Origin: Lama guanicoe
Lineage: Eukaryota
DNA length: 64,000 nucleotides
Direction: 5' to 3'
NCBI GenBank assembly: GCA_013239625.1
Contig: MU054098.1
Span: forward strand, 1,985,104-2,049,103
The position numbers and the translations under genes were made by a program. This document shows positions 1-12,629 of this stretch, in pieces (positions within the stretch are counted from its first letter, which is position 1; the number at the start of each line of letters is the position of its first letter). The notes beneath the pieces were generated by a model that was given only the letters and a program-made list of their open reading frames with translations, did not search any database and was not told where the DNA came from.

Positions 1-9
1 GTTTGTTAT

Positions 10-810
10 CATAACACAACAGTTATGTAGATACTGTTCTAAAAGTTTTACAGCTATTAACTCATTTTATCCTCAAAATAATCCTAAGAAATAGATACTA
101 TCATTATCTCACTTTATATATAAAAAAACTGAGACACAGAAAGATTCAGTAACTTACCTAAGGTCATGCGGTTATCAAAAGGCAGAGCTAGGAGTCCAAG
201 CCCTTTTCTTAACCACTTTTCTATATTCCCTTTCCTTTGATATATGGAATTTCCACCATTAGAGTCATTGTTTTTACTCACTATAACAATCAACAGTGGT
301 AGTACTTATAAAACCTTAATGTGTATCAAGTTCTGTTAACCTAGATTGACATATATTGCCTATCTCATTGAACCTTTAGAATAACTATCTTCATTTTACA
401 AAGAGGAAGCTGAGAATCAGAGAGGTTAATTCACTTAAGGTCACATAGCCAGTAGGTGGCAAAGTTTTGAGTTGAAACAAGTTCTATCTGAAGAGCCCAC
501 ACTCCTAACTGCTACACCATACTCTCTTCCCCAAAATGGTGACATAATTAAGGCAATGTGACACCAAGAGGACTGTGGTTAAGAGCATACACTCTGGAGC
601 CAGAATGCCTGGGTTTGAATCTCTACATCCTAGTAGCTGTTGTGACTGTGGTTTAGACCCATAGTGTTTTCATCTAGAAAACGAGGCTGCTGGTAGTACC
701 TATCTCATGGGGCGGTTGTGAAGATTTCCTGGGTTAATATAAGAAAACACGTAGAAGAATGCCTGTCACATGGTCAACACTATATAAGTATTGGCTATTA
801 CTAGTATTAT
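10..810. mobile_element. Cluster of three MIR SINE fragments (about 10-225 and 290-525 minus; about 570-810 plus)
   Basis: MIR hallmarks gtggttaagagcatacactctggagccaga, actgagacacagaaagattcagtaacttacctaaggtc and cattttacaaagaggaagctgaga. Confidence 0.8.
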
Positions 811-934
811 TCTTTGACAAGGAGCAGCCACCAGCCATCTCAGTATGAACGTCTATCAGACGTTAGCTAGCTAGTCATCTAGCAAAGCGCTGACAAGCTA
901 TGCTACAGGAATTATGGCGGGGGGTGCGGAGGTA

Positions 935-1845
935 TTAGGAAGGGCATTCTAGACAAAGGCACACAGATTACAAATAGCATAATGTGTTTGGAGTTGAAGA
1001 ATGCAAGGTGGTCAAGACAACCAGGGCAGGATATATTTGAAGAAGTGTGTCCAAAGCAGAAGTCACATCAGATGGAATTTTACATGCCACACACAGGCAT
1101 TTAGACTTGACCTTCTGCAGAGTTATAGGTTTGAAAGCAGGAAAGGAACATGACCTGCTCTGCAATTTAGAAAAATAACTCTGGCAGCAGCCTGGTGGAT
1201 GGAGGGAAAGAGTAGACTTGAAGCAATTTGTTGCCAGAGTTGATTTTTTTTTCTTTTTCAATGAGTAATAATGAATGCCTGAACTAGGGGAAATGGTAGT
1301 GATGAGAATGGAGAGGAGGAATGGATTGCAGAGGTCATTAGGAGATGGCATTTGCAGGACATAGTGAGTGTTTGAATGTGGTGGGGGAGGTATGGAGGGA
1401 AAAATCTAAGAAAACTCCCAGGTTTCTGGCCTGAGTGTCTTGGAGAATACAGACACCATGTACTAAGAGTACACTGGAAGAGAAGAAGGTTTAAGGGGAG
1501 GGAGCGAGATCATTGATTTAGTTTGGGATGTTGAGTTTGAGGTGCCTCTGGGGTATCCAAGCTAAGGTGACCAGTAGACAGATGAATACATGGGTCTGAA
1601 GCTCAGGAGAGAGATCCAGACTGGAGATAAAGATTTTGGATTCATCAGCCATATGTTGTCTTTAAGATCACAAGAGTGGTTGAGACTGCATAAGAAGAGA
1701 GTATAAAGTATGAAGGCAAAAGGGGCAAGGAAAGAATTTTGGGTCACAGCAGCATGTAAAGGATGGGTACAAGAAGGAGGGTTAGTAATGGAGCTTGAGA
1801 TAAAACAGACTGAGAGAAAAAAAAAAGAGAGTCAAGAGAGAAAAT
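935..1845 (-). mobile_element. L2 LINE fragment
   Basis: Typical antisense L2 text, e.g. tttagtttgggatgttgagtttgaggtgcct and ggtctgaagctcaggagagagatccagactggagat. Confidence 0.7.
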
Positions 1846-1849
1846 TTTT

Positions 1850-3038
1850 GTTGGGAATTGGGGTGAAATTTTGCTCATATTTAGATAGTATTGGTCTATA
1901 GTACCTGGGGATGTTGAAAATTTTCACTGCCAATCAGTCCTTTCCCCTCATGTGATTCCCTAGGGCAAGATTTGCAAAGAACAGTAGCCAAATTGGGAGA
2001 CAAAATATCACCTTAGTAGAAAAGCTGAACTATTTACAATGGCCAGGTTATGGAAACAACCTAAATGTCCATCGACAGATGACTGGATGAAGAAGCTGTG
2101 GTATATTTATACAATGGAATACTACTCAGCCATAAAAAAGAATGAAATAATGCCATTTGCAGCAACATGGATGGACCTGGAGATTGTCATTATAAGTGAA
2201 GCCAGAAAGAGAAAGAAAAATATCGTATGATATCACTTATATGTGGAATCTGAAAAAAAAAAGACAAATGAACTTATTTGCAAAACAGAAACAGACTCAG
2301 AGACAGAAAACAAACTTACGGTTACCAGGGAGGGAAGAGGGTGGGCAGGGATAAATTGGGAGTTTGAGATTTGCAAACTACTATATATAAAATAGATAAA
2401 CAATTTTCTACTGTATAGCACAGGTGAACTATATTCAATATCTTGTAGTAACCTACAATGAAAAAGAATATGAAAACGAATATATGTATGTATATGTATG
2501 ACTAAAACATTATGCTGTACCACAGAAATTGATATTGTAAACTGACTGTATTTCAATTAAAAAAATAGAAAAGCTGAAAAGTCAATGCATGGGTCTCTAG
2601 GAAATTCGGGCTGGAGTACATAGCTTAGGTCAGAGGCTTAAGTAGGGCTTCCACCACCTTCTAGAGCCTATCACTGTCTGGGTAGAATATGAAGGAAACT
2701 GCAAGAACAACAGAACCAAGGGCAAATTCTGTGACCCCTTGATCCAGCCAGGTGCCTGGAAGAGTTGACAATAGGAGAGAGAGAAACCCAGTTTAATGGG
2801 AGAAAGAAAACAGATGAGAGCAGAAGAGGAGCCAGAGAAAGAAATAGTAAAACAGGCCAGAGATGGAGGAGAAAATGTGGAGAGAGTTTCAAGAAGAGAG
2901 TGGTCACCAAGTGTGTAAAGTCACCAGAGAAATCACATGGATAAGACAGCAGAGGGACATGCTGAACTTCTCTCCTCATTTTCATTTCTGATCTTCGCCT
3001 CCAAGCCCTGAGGTATCTGAAGTGGAGCAGGCTATCTT
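1850..3038 (+). pseudogene. Collagen-like relic segment, split by the L1 at 2030-2565
   Basis: Reads GVK..DSI GL* ..FPR..GRQ before the L1. After it, one frame from 2591 to 2960 gives GSL GNS GWS..GLP..GRI..GQI..GER..GRK..GAR..GQR..DSR GTC. Confidence 0.7.
2030..2565 (+). mobile_element. 5'-truncated young L1 (ORF2 C-terminus + 3'UTR)
   Basis: ORF WKQPKCPSTDDWMKKLWYIYTMEYYSAIKKNE, A-tail, and a 13-bp TSD tagaaaagctgaa at 2017-2029 and 2566-2578. Confidence 0.92.
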
Positions 3039-3330
3039 TCTTTTCTTTTCTTCTTTTTTTTTTAATTGATGTGTAGTTGATTTAGTGTTGTGTTAGTTTC
3101 TGCTGTAGAGCATAGTGATTCAGTTATACATATGTATATTCTTTTTCATTACAGGTCATTACAAGATATTGAATATAGTTCCCTATGCTGTACAGTAGGA
3201 CTTTGCTATCGATTATATATATATAAAACGATACAAATGAACCTGTTTACAAAACAGAAACAGACTCACAGACATAAAAAATAAACTTGTGGTTACCGAA
3301 GGGGAAAGGTAGGGGTGGGGAGGGACAGAT
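3039..3330 (-). mobile_element. Short L1 3' fragment with 5' inversion
   Basis: Antisense L1 tail (about 3040-3210) joined to a sense L1 3'UTR piece (about 3225-3330); TSD caggctatctt at 3028-3038 and 3331-3341. Confidence 0.8.
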
Positions 3331-3777
3331 CAGGCTATCTTAATGAGCTCACTTTTGTTCTTTGTCTGCACCCTTGGTGTGCAAGGATGGTGGAATGTGG
3401 GGCTCTGACTTACAACCTGAACTGCCCCCTTGCATGTTAGAAGTTCTAGAGGAGGAGTCGTAAACTGGGAGTTGACAGATGATTTATTTGACCTGAGCAG
3501 TGTTTGCCAACTTAAAGAAATCAGGACAGTTCACATAAAAATCTGGATTTCTGTCTTTTCTTGAAAAATTAGAAGATTTGGCAAAGCTGGGCCTTCATCC
3601 TGAGTGATTGCAAGTGTGGCTGTCACCTTTAGATAGACATGTCCTCTTTAGTTTGCCACATCCTTCCCTATCGCTGTATGTCCAGGTTACTTCATTCACT
3701 TATCTCAATAGCCCGACACTTGCCAAGTACAGAATTTGGGGAGAACACTAGCAGTTAATAGATGGGAATTCACTAGA

Positions 3778-4290
3778 GAAAGGGTTGGCAAATTTTTCTG
3801 TAAAGGGACAGATAGTAAATATTTTAGGCTTTGCAGGCCATGCAGTTTCTGTATCAACTACTCAAGCCTGCCTTGTAGTGCAAAACCAGCCACGTAAACT
3901 AATGGGTGTGGCTACGTTCCCATAACGTTTTATATATGGACTCTAAAATTGGAATGCCATACAATTTTCATGATTATGAAATATTATTCTTTTGAATTTT
4001 AAACAATAGAAAATGTAAAAAAAAATCTTAGCTCATAGACCACACAAAAACAGGCTGCTTATGGGGGGAAGGTGGGTAGAGCTTGGTGGTAGAATGCGTG
4101 CTTAGCATGCATGAGGTCCTGGGTTCAATCCTCAATACCTCCATTAAATAAATAAATGTAATTGCCCTCCCCCCAAAAAGCTTAAAAAAGAATATAAAGT
4201 TCAATTTTTGAAAAATAATAAAAATTTAAAAATAAAACCAGGCTGCTTGTGCAGATTTGACCCACAGACTGTGGTTTGCCAGCCCTTGGC
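3778..4290. mobile_element. MER58-like hAT-Charlie non-autonomous DNA transposon, with a SINE inside
   Basis: Ends agggttggcaaatttttctgtaaagggacagatagtaaatattttaggctttgc and gtggtttgccagccct. Confidence 0.8.
4061..4235 (+). mobile_element. tRNA-Ala-derived SINE (Vic-1-like, camelid)
   Basis: tRNA-like head gtggtagaatgcgtgcttagcatgcatgaggtcctgggttcaatcc, A-rich tail, and flanking repeat caggctgctt on both sides. Confidence 0.8.
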
Positions 4291-4294
4291 CTAA

Positions 4295-4698
4295 AGAATC
4301 AGTGTATTTAACATGGTAGCGGGCATGTAGATCAGAGGCCCCCTTTCCCCAGTTAGAACATGTAATATTGCATATCAGCTGGGAAAATATGGTTATGGTT
4401 GTAAGGAAAGACTGGCTTGGGGACACAATTTTGGATGGATAGAGGTGGGATACTACTTGGACATGGCTTGGCTCTATAAACAGTCTCCACTGTCTATGAA
4501 AGTCCCAAAGGCAAGGCAAAAATAAAGAACCCAGAAAAAGACCCATCTGAACCCAGTCAGGCAGAAGAAAGTAGGTGCCAGACAATGACCCAGGATCAGG
4601 CAGACTCTTATTAACCTCTCTAGCTTTCCTCCTTTTGATAAATGGCATGACCCAGGTATTAGGGGACTTCAAATGGGCAAGCATCTTAGAGAGAGCGT

Positions 4699-4732
<34 letters not shown>

Positions 4733-5060
4733 ACAGGCAACTCTCATGAAGAATATACCAAGAATAAAAAAGCTATTAAAATGATTAAGTAGCCCCAAGC
4801 TGACTAATTTAAAGTAGAATAAGTCAGAAGGGAAGGTGTGTGTGGAGCCAGGGACAGAGAGAAAAAGGCTTTCTGATGAAGGCATGGTTCAACTTGGGCT
4901 GGAGTTTATAAAATGGGTATATGATAGAGCACACCTCTTGGCTAGCAATGCTTCCCAGGGACCTTGTGAGAATCCACTAGGGTACCATGTGGAGGGAGGT
5001 ATGAACAAGTGCCAAAAGATGTCCCCTCATCTGCATGTAGAGACGGAAATGAGAATCCTT
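4295..5060 (+). pseudogene. Collagen-like relic segment
   Basis: GKT GLG, SPK GKA KIK, GAR, HDP GIR GLQ (4649-4672). Track ORF 4836..5159 gives VEP GTE..SDE GMV..GLE..ASQ GPC..NPL GYH. Confidence 0.75.
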
Positions 5061-5061
5061 C

Positions 5062-5425
5062 CTGCTATCGGCCAAATGTGTGTGTCCCTCCAAATTTCAT
5101 ATGGTGAAACCCTAACCCTCAATGTGATGGTTTTAGGAAGTGAAACTGGTGGGAAGTGACTAGGTCGTGAGAGTAGAGCCCTCATGAATAGGATTAGTGC
5201 CTTATAAAAGAGGCCTCAGAGAGCCCTCATCCCTTCCACCACGTGAAGAAACAGAGAAAAGGCACTGTCTCTCGAACCAGGAAATAGGCCCTCACCAGAC
5301 ACGGAATCCGCTGGCACCTTAATCTTGGACTTCCCAGCCTCCAGCACTGTGAGAAATAATTTTCTGTTATTTAAAGGCCACCCAGTCTATGGTATTTTGT
5401 CATAGCAGCCTGAATAGACTAAGAT
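5062..5425 (+). mobile_element. MLT1-type MaLR solo LTR
   Basis: ccctcaatgtgatggttttagga...ggcaccttaatcttggacttcccagcctccagcactgtgagaaataa...tggtattttgtcatagcagcc. Confidence 0.85.
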
Positions 5426-7109
5426 ACTTTACTCCTAGCTAACTTAAAAAAAATCTTGGTCCCAATTTTCAAAACAATACAAGCTCCCTGTAGAAATGTA
5501 ATCAGCATAGTACAGAAAAGTATTTTTAAAAAGCAGATAAAAGAACATTCCTTATTTTTCCTCTATCTAGACGCAGCCACTGTTCACGCTTTAGTCCAGT
5601 ATTATGATCTGGTATCTTTAAAACACCTCTAGGTAGTTGAGAATTATATATAATATTTAGCTCGCTTTTTTCCACTTGATCTTAAAATTTTCTCTGTATC
5701 ATTTTGCAAACATGCAGTACCACACCTCAGCAGGGTTGGGCATTTAGGCATTCTCAAAGGTTTTGCTACTATGAATACTGTTCCTACTGATATTTTTATT
5801 TATCAATATCTACACTTAAAATGTTTTCCTTAGGAAAAATATAGCTAGGAGGGGCACTAGAAGGTCGAATCATATAATATTTCTAACTTCTCGCCACATG
5901 TTTTTGTCTGATTTTGAAGACGTAAATGAGGACCTTCATGAGGGTTTTCATCTTCATATTTTCATATCATCATTTTTTCATTATCTTTATTATTTTTACT
6001 CATTTAACAATCATTTACTAGCACTTACTATATATCAAAGCTCTGTTCTTTGGAGTTTGAATTCTATCCAAAGAGACAAGATCGAAACACATGAAAGTTT
6101 ACCAAATTCTATTGATAGGAATTTCTCCTACAGAAAGAACTGCAAAAGTTAAGAAATGTGAAGAAGGATATTTCCTGCAACTTTGTAACAGCAAAACAAA
6201 ATGAAGCACCCACACAAACCTCACACAAACCAAAACCCCACACCTGGATATTACTGAAATATTCACCAGTAGGGGATTCGATAAGTAAATATTGCTACAG
6301 CCATACATTGGAGTATTGGGGGATAAGTTACATCTGTATGGGCTGACATTTAAAAGTCCCTAATACATGCTATTCAGGAGAAGGGGAAGCAGGGAAGAAC
6401 AGTATGTATATAGTACCCTCTCTATGTGTGTGTGTGAGAGAGAGAGAAAGAATATGAATATAAAGACAATTCCTTATTTGCTTTTCCTTAATCTTAAAAG
6501 CTCTGAAAACAGAACATTTTCCCCAAGAATTTAGCACAAATTTGTTCGGGGGAGAAACCTGATGCTAAGTGACATGTGGCTATTTGTTCATTTGTCCCCA
6601 GATAGTGTGACTATTCAAACACTATGCTCCTTCAATTTTAATGTGTTTGATTAATACTGAACATGTCTAATCTGTGTCTTTGCTGTCCCAAATCCCACTG
6701 TGGGAATGACATACTCAATGTCACAGGCACTATATCACCATGTTAAAATCTTTAAAATGTTGAATTTCAACATATTTCTGGCCTCAAGGGTTTAGGATAA
6801 GGGATTATGCTCTGTAATATAGATACACATATGAATGCTGACATATATTTATTTTTTTCTGGATGATATCACATGCAATATTTTATAATGATCTTTGTGA
6901 AAGGGACTAGGGATGGTGGGGAGAGCCTTTTGCTTTTCATTTGGTACCATTCCATAGTTGGAATTTTCTAACTGTTATATGTGTATTACTTTTACCAAAA
7001 AAAATCAACAGAGTTAGAAGGGGGAAGATTATGTCTCAGTTTTGTTTTCTTCTTTGTATATCTCCATATTTAAAATCAGTATAAAAGTAATTAAATTTTA
7101 AAAAGAAAA

Positions 7110-8500
7110 TGTATTTAAAACTATAAAAATAAGGGTGGCTAAAATGGGAGAGCAGTCTATGATAGCAATTAGGAGGTGGACATCCCAAGAGCCACACGCA
7201 TTCAGAAGCGTGAGTCTCTGTAGCCTATGAGAGCTGTGAAGAGCCTTTATGGGGCTGATGGAGCTTAGGTTAGACTTTGCATATATGTAGGATTTGGTTA
7301 GTAGAGATGATAGGGAGTTCAGATGGGGGATAGCGGTCCACATAAAGGCGAGAAAGTGAGACTGAGTCCCTATAATCTAGAAATTTGGGAGACTGAGTGA
7401 AGTGAGGGATACCACCTACCCAGAACGTACAAAAGACAGACGAGTGAAAGGTGGCTCCATTTCCCACTTATATTTGACCCTGAGTGTTCTTCCAGCAAAC
7501 TGGAGGGTATGAAGTTACGATCTGTCTCCTACTCGCAGCAATCCCCAACCCATCATTTACTTCTATTCTCCCACTCCTTTCACAAGCCTTTCATTAAACA
7601 GCGTCTTTTAAAAATTCTCAGGTTGCCAGCTGATGCTCTAGAAACAGTTACCACTGAGATTTCCAAACACATTAAAGACATGCATGGAATCATTTTGAGG
7701 AGAGAAATGCCTTTGGAAATCAGCTAGCCCAGCCCCCTTGCATACTAGGAAGGGACTATGAGGTCATGAGAGGTGAAGCATCTTGTTAAGTTACAAAGCC
7801 CACTAATGCAGAGCTTCACATAAAACCCAGTCTTCCACCTTACAGACCAGTTTTAGCCTACTCTTCTTCCCTTTGTGTTTACTGGAGGTACAATTGTTAC
7901 CCAGACTAGCCTGTGATCTGCTAAGACTCCAGCATGTTATTTACGTCCAGAAAAGGTGAAATCAACATAAAAGCTGTGGAGCCGGTGGTCACTGGAGAAG
8001 CATCATGCTTGTGTAGATCAGAGCCTGAGTACTAGTAAGTTACCATGGCAACATCTGGGCATGCATTTCAGGCTCAAGGGAGAAGATAGAATTCTCACAT
8101 ACTGCCTGGCCTCTCATTCTTGTCAAGATGGGATTTGATGCTCTAAGAGAATGGGCCTTCAACTGTCAAGTGTCGAGAGGGAGGGCAGGGTGGGGGTGAT
8201 AAAAAGGCACACGGTCTCTTTTCTTCCTGTTTGCAATGTCCTTATTTTGAAGGTGAAGGAAGGGGTAAAAGGAAGAAAAGAAGGAAGAAAGGAAGGGAGG
8301 AAGGGCAGAGGCTTTTCTTTTCATTGGTGTTTTGCTTGTAATATGAAACACTGTGCTGCCATTAACCCTTCCTAACCTGGAAAAAACTGTTCTGGCTGTA
8401 TCTCCTTCCTTAGAAATGCAACTCTCCTTACTCCTCTCTCCTGATTCCACACGCTGCAGTAGGATTCCTCCAACAGTCTGACATGGCTGAGAGATTCACA
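7110..8500 (+). pseudogene. Collagen-like relic segment, with a MIR fragment at about 7720-7870
   Basis: AKM GEQ SMI AIR..AFM GLM ELR..VSR DDR EFR, then RLK GED (8070-8087), CQD GI*, GLQ, GRV. Confidence 0.68.
8039..8052. promoter_or_regulatory. Consensus RFX X-box motif (function unproven)
   Basis: GTTACCATGGCAAC matches the palindromic X-box GTTNCCATGGNAAC. Confidence 0.35.
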
Positions 8501-8519
8501 AGCTTTTGTAGCAAAAATA

Positions 8520-10153
8520 AATATTATTTTTCTTTTAAAAATTTTAAAATATATTTTTACTGAAGAATAGTTGATTTATAATGTTGTGTTTCAGGTGTAT
8601 AGCAAAGTCGATTCAATTATATTGAATATATATATATATATATATATTCTTTTCCATTATAGGCCATTACAAGGTATTGAATAGAGTTCCCTGCACCCTA
8701 CATTAGGACCTTGTTGTTTATCTATTTATATATAGTAATTAGAATTTACAAATCCTGAACTCCCAATTTATCCATTCCCATCCCCTTTCACCCCTGGTAA
8801 CATAATTTTGTTTTCTATGTCTGTGAGCCTATTTTTGGTTTGTAAATAAGTTCATTTGTATCATTTTTCTACATGCAAGTGATATCATATGATATTTGTC
8901 TTTCTGTGACTTACTTCACTTAGTAATGATATGATGTATCATTATATCATATATCATATATCAGTATGAAAATCTCTAGGTCCATCCATGTTGCTGCAAA
9001 TGGTATTGTTTCATTCTTTATTATGGCTGAGTAATATTTCATTGTATATATACACCACATCTTTATACAGTCATCTGTTGATGAATATTTAGGTTGCTTC
9101 CATGTCTTGGCTATTGTAAATAGTGTTGCTATGAACATTGGGGTGCAGGTATCTTTTCAAGTTATGGTTTTATCTGGATAGATGCCCAGAAGTGGGATTG
9201 CTGGGTCATATGGTAACTCTACTTTTAGTTTTTTAAGAAACCTCTATACTGTTCTCCATAGTGGCTACACCAATCAATTTATATTCCCACCAACAGTGTA
9301 GGAGGGTTCCCTTTGCTCCACACCCTTTCCAGCATTTATAATTTGTGGACTTTTTAGTGATGGCCATTCTGACTGGTGTGAGGTGATACCTCATTGCGGT
9401 TTTAATTTGCATTTCTCTAATAATTAGTGAAATTGAACATCTTTTCTTGTGCCTGTTGGCCATCTGGATGTCTTCCTTAAATGTCTATTTAGTTCTTCTG
9501 CCCATTTTTTACTGGGTTTGTTTTTTTTTTTTAGTATTAAGGTGTATGGGCTGTTTATATATTTTGGAAATTAATCCCTTGTTGGTTGCATCATTTACAA
9601 ATATTTTCTGCCATTCCATAGGTTGTCTTTTTGTTTTGTTTATGGTTTCCTTTGTTGTGTAAAAACTTTTAAGTTTAATTAGGCCCCATTTGTTATTTTT
9701 GCTTCTATTTCTATTTCTATTACTCTAGGAGACAAATCCAAAAAAATATTGCTGCAATTTATGTAAAAGAATTTTCTGTCTATGTTTTCCCCTAGGAGTT
9801 TTAGAGTATTTGGTCTTACACTTAGGTCTTTAATCCATTTTGAGTTTATTTTTGTATATGCTGTTGGAGAATGTTCTAATTTCACTGATTTACATGTGGC
9901 TGTCCAGCTTTCCCAATACCACTGGCTGAAGAGACTGTCTTTTCTCCATTGTATATTCTTGCTTCCTCTGTCATAGATTATTCGGCCATAAATGTGTGGG
10001 TTTATTTCTGGGCTTTCTATTTCTGTTCCATTGATCTATGTGTCTGTTTTTGTGCCAGTACCATACTGTTTTGATTATTGTAGCTTTGTAATATAATATG
10101 AATTCAGAGAGCATGATTTCTCCAGCTCCACTCTTTCTCAAGATTGATTTGGA
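8520..10153 (-). mobile_element. L1 3' portion (ORF2 C-terminus + 3'UTR)
   Basis: Minus-strand ORFs with L1 ORF2 motifs [29 protein letters not shown] and WKQPK. Confidence 0.92.
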
Positions 10154-10159
10154 ATGTTA

Positions 10160-12480
10160 TTTTTCTTAGGGGCTCCCCCCAACCTGGGACAAAACCCAAG
10201 AGTCATGGTCAACAGTGAAGCAAGGAATTTAAATGAGGGCAAGAATGGGGGATTGGTAAGATATTGGCATGAATTTGAACTGCCTTTGGATCCTAAGGTA
10301 GCAAGTGGATCCACTTTACCTCAGACCTCTCAAGGCTTACTCTCCTGACCTAGCCTATGCACCTTGTTAAATCTCAGTGGGAGTGCTGAGAAGGAGAGAT
10401 TTTTGGACTTGGAAACTAGGAGCATATTATGTGGCCATGGTGGGGGGAGCCCAAAGGGATGATTTAGAAAGCATGATCATCTACAGTGGATCTAGAGTAG
10501 GGGAGAAAAAGAAAAAGATTGCTGCTTCTGGTTTTGAGTGGCTGTTCAAGGATCAAGGCTCAGTTTTTCAATCCATGAGGTGGGAAGGCTAATGCAATCA
10601 GCCCGAGTTCTTGCCTTTCTCTATCATTGGCCTCTGGACCAGTCATGACAGTCTTTTTTCTTTACTCCACACACACCAGGCTCATTTCCACCTTCCATTT
10701 CCTTGATTTCCTCTACTTGAAATCCTGCCTCCTCTTCCCCTTCCCTCATCTAAATTTTAGTATGTGATCCAAAATTAGAGTTCTGTCTCCATCACAGAGC
10801 ATTTCTTCATTGCCCTAGTCCATGACAATTACCCTTTGCAGAAAGCTCACTTAGATTTTACATTACATATTGATTTAATCTCTCTGGGCCTTGATGGGGT
10901 AGGTGAGGAAATCAACAGCATCCACCTCTTAGGTTTCTAGTGAGTGTTAAAATAATGTATGTAAAGTGTTTAGGGAAGAGCCTGAATCATAGTAGGTGCT
11001 AAATAAGTCCTACCTGTTATTATTAACATGGCAGGACATTGCATGGCCCCAAATTAAGGCCATCACACATTGCTCTATAGGATACATAGCAATGGCATTG
11101 AAAGCAGTAGGTAAGGTATCTGCTTGCACTATAGATACACAAAAGGATTCTTTGCTTCCCTGGATAGGTAAAGATTAATAGTTAACATTCGATGAGTGCT
11201 AACTATAAACCGAGCAACGTTCTAAATGCTTTACTTATATAAACTTGTGGAATCCTTGTAACATGGAGTTCAGGGCTATAGTTACTATCTCCACTCTACT
11301 GATGAGGAAAGAGGCCCAGAGAGGTTGGGTAATCGGCAGCAGGCCACACCCTTCAGCTAGCAAGCAGGAGCAGAGCTGGATGTGAACCTAGACAGTATGG
11401 CTCCAGCACCCGAATTCTTAACCACTATGCAATCCCCTTGCAAACTGGAAGCTGAAACCCTAGGGAAGGCTATGGGGGGCAAGCAGGCCATTGAGAAAAG
11501 TGAAGGGGATTTAGCTGGAAAGCATCCAGACTCTTAAGAGAATGCAGAATCTGGATGGCTCCTCTCCTGGAAGGAGCAAGCCTTGCCTCTGAACCAGGTG
11601 TACCCATGCTCTCCTTGCCATCTGTCCCAGAGTGCTTTCAGTTGCACTCGGAAAGCCCAGCCGGAGAGTCTGTGGCCGTCATGACTCACTGTGAGGAAAG
11701 GGATGGGAGTCAGGGGAAGGGAGAATGGCATTCCAAGGCTGCGGGCACCAGAAGAGCCCTGGCAAACCCTGGGACGGTGGCAGCGAAGCTGGAAGAGAGA
11801 AGTCGGCCAGCTGCTGCCCGGCCCCTGAGGGATACAAGCAGCTTTCAGAAACTCGACTTCATAAATCAAACCTCACCGTCTTATCTCTCCCTTCTTTCTG
11901 GGCTCCTTCTTGGCCATAATCCCGCTGTTTATCTGGAAGGAATTTCAAGTGTTACACAAAGCTGAGAGGGAACATAAATACTTGGTTTTGATGAAATAGC
12001 ACTCAGAGGGGGATTGGAAAGCTCCTCAGAGCCAGGGTTGGGTGGGGGCTTTTGGAGAAAGGGAAGCTGTCACAGCTCCCAGACTTTGAACCACAGGAGC
12101 TGGGTGGTTAGGAATCCCGGCCTCCCTCAGAACTCACAGCTCTGTGGCGAGCTTTCGTTGCTTGCTTTGCTTCAGGCTATTCTCAAATCTCTAGTGACTT
12201 CACAAATACTTGGAATATTAGGTTCTGCTAGAGACATACAGGTCTTACCAGTGGGACACGTGGTTTTTAGTCAAAGGGGATATTAGAGCCTTGTCCCTAA
12301 AATATTGGCCATCGCCACCTATCTGTCATCTGACTGTTGGCATTTCATGTCTTTGAGTCCAATGTTTGTCTCCATATTCAGGAATGACCATCTAAGAACT
12401 AGAAGGGCATCTGGAGCTCACCTGATCACCCCCAGCTAACCTCTATTAAAGCGTGACTACCCTTTGATGCAGGTACCGTA
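10160..12480 (+). pseudogene. Collagen-like relic segment, interrupted by L2/MIR fragments at about 10640-11025 and 11175-11435
   Basis: Track ORFs 10154 (GAP PNL GQ NPR..DPK VAS GST LPQ TSQ GLL), 10377 (GSR..GEK..GFE), 11555 (SEP GVP..SPA GES..ERD GSQ..GTR RAL ANP GTV AAK) and 12014 (SEP GLG..WRK GSC..RNP GLP..SQR GY). Confidence 0.78.
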
Positions 12481-12629
12481 TAAATTAGCCTGAGCGTTAT
12501 GAGTCCACAGAATTCTCTGAAATTGTATGCAAAGTTGCATGTGCACGTGCTTACATGCTTTTCTTTCTTTTTCCCCTTGCAAAAGTCTCATCAGGCCAGT
12601 GTATAGTCGATTGTGTTAATACTTCGGAG

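Noticed and set aside
4226..4885. 219-aa minus-strand ORF, the longest in the track (also the 198-aa ORF at 22893..23489)
   Set aside because: No domain resemblance; each spans a microsatellite and TE sequence and lies antisense to the collagen-like frame.
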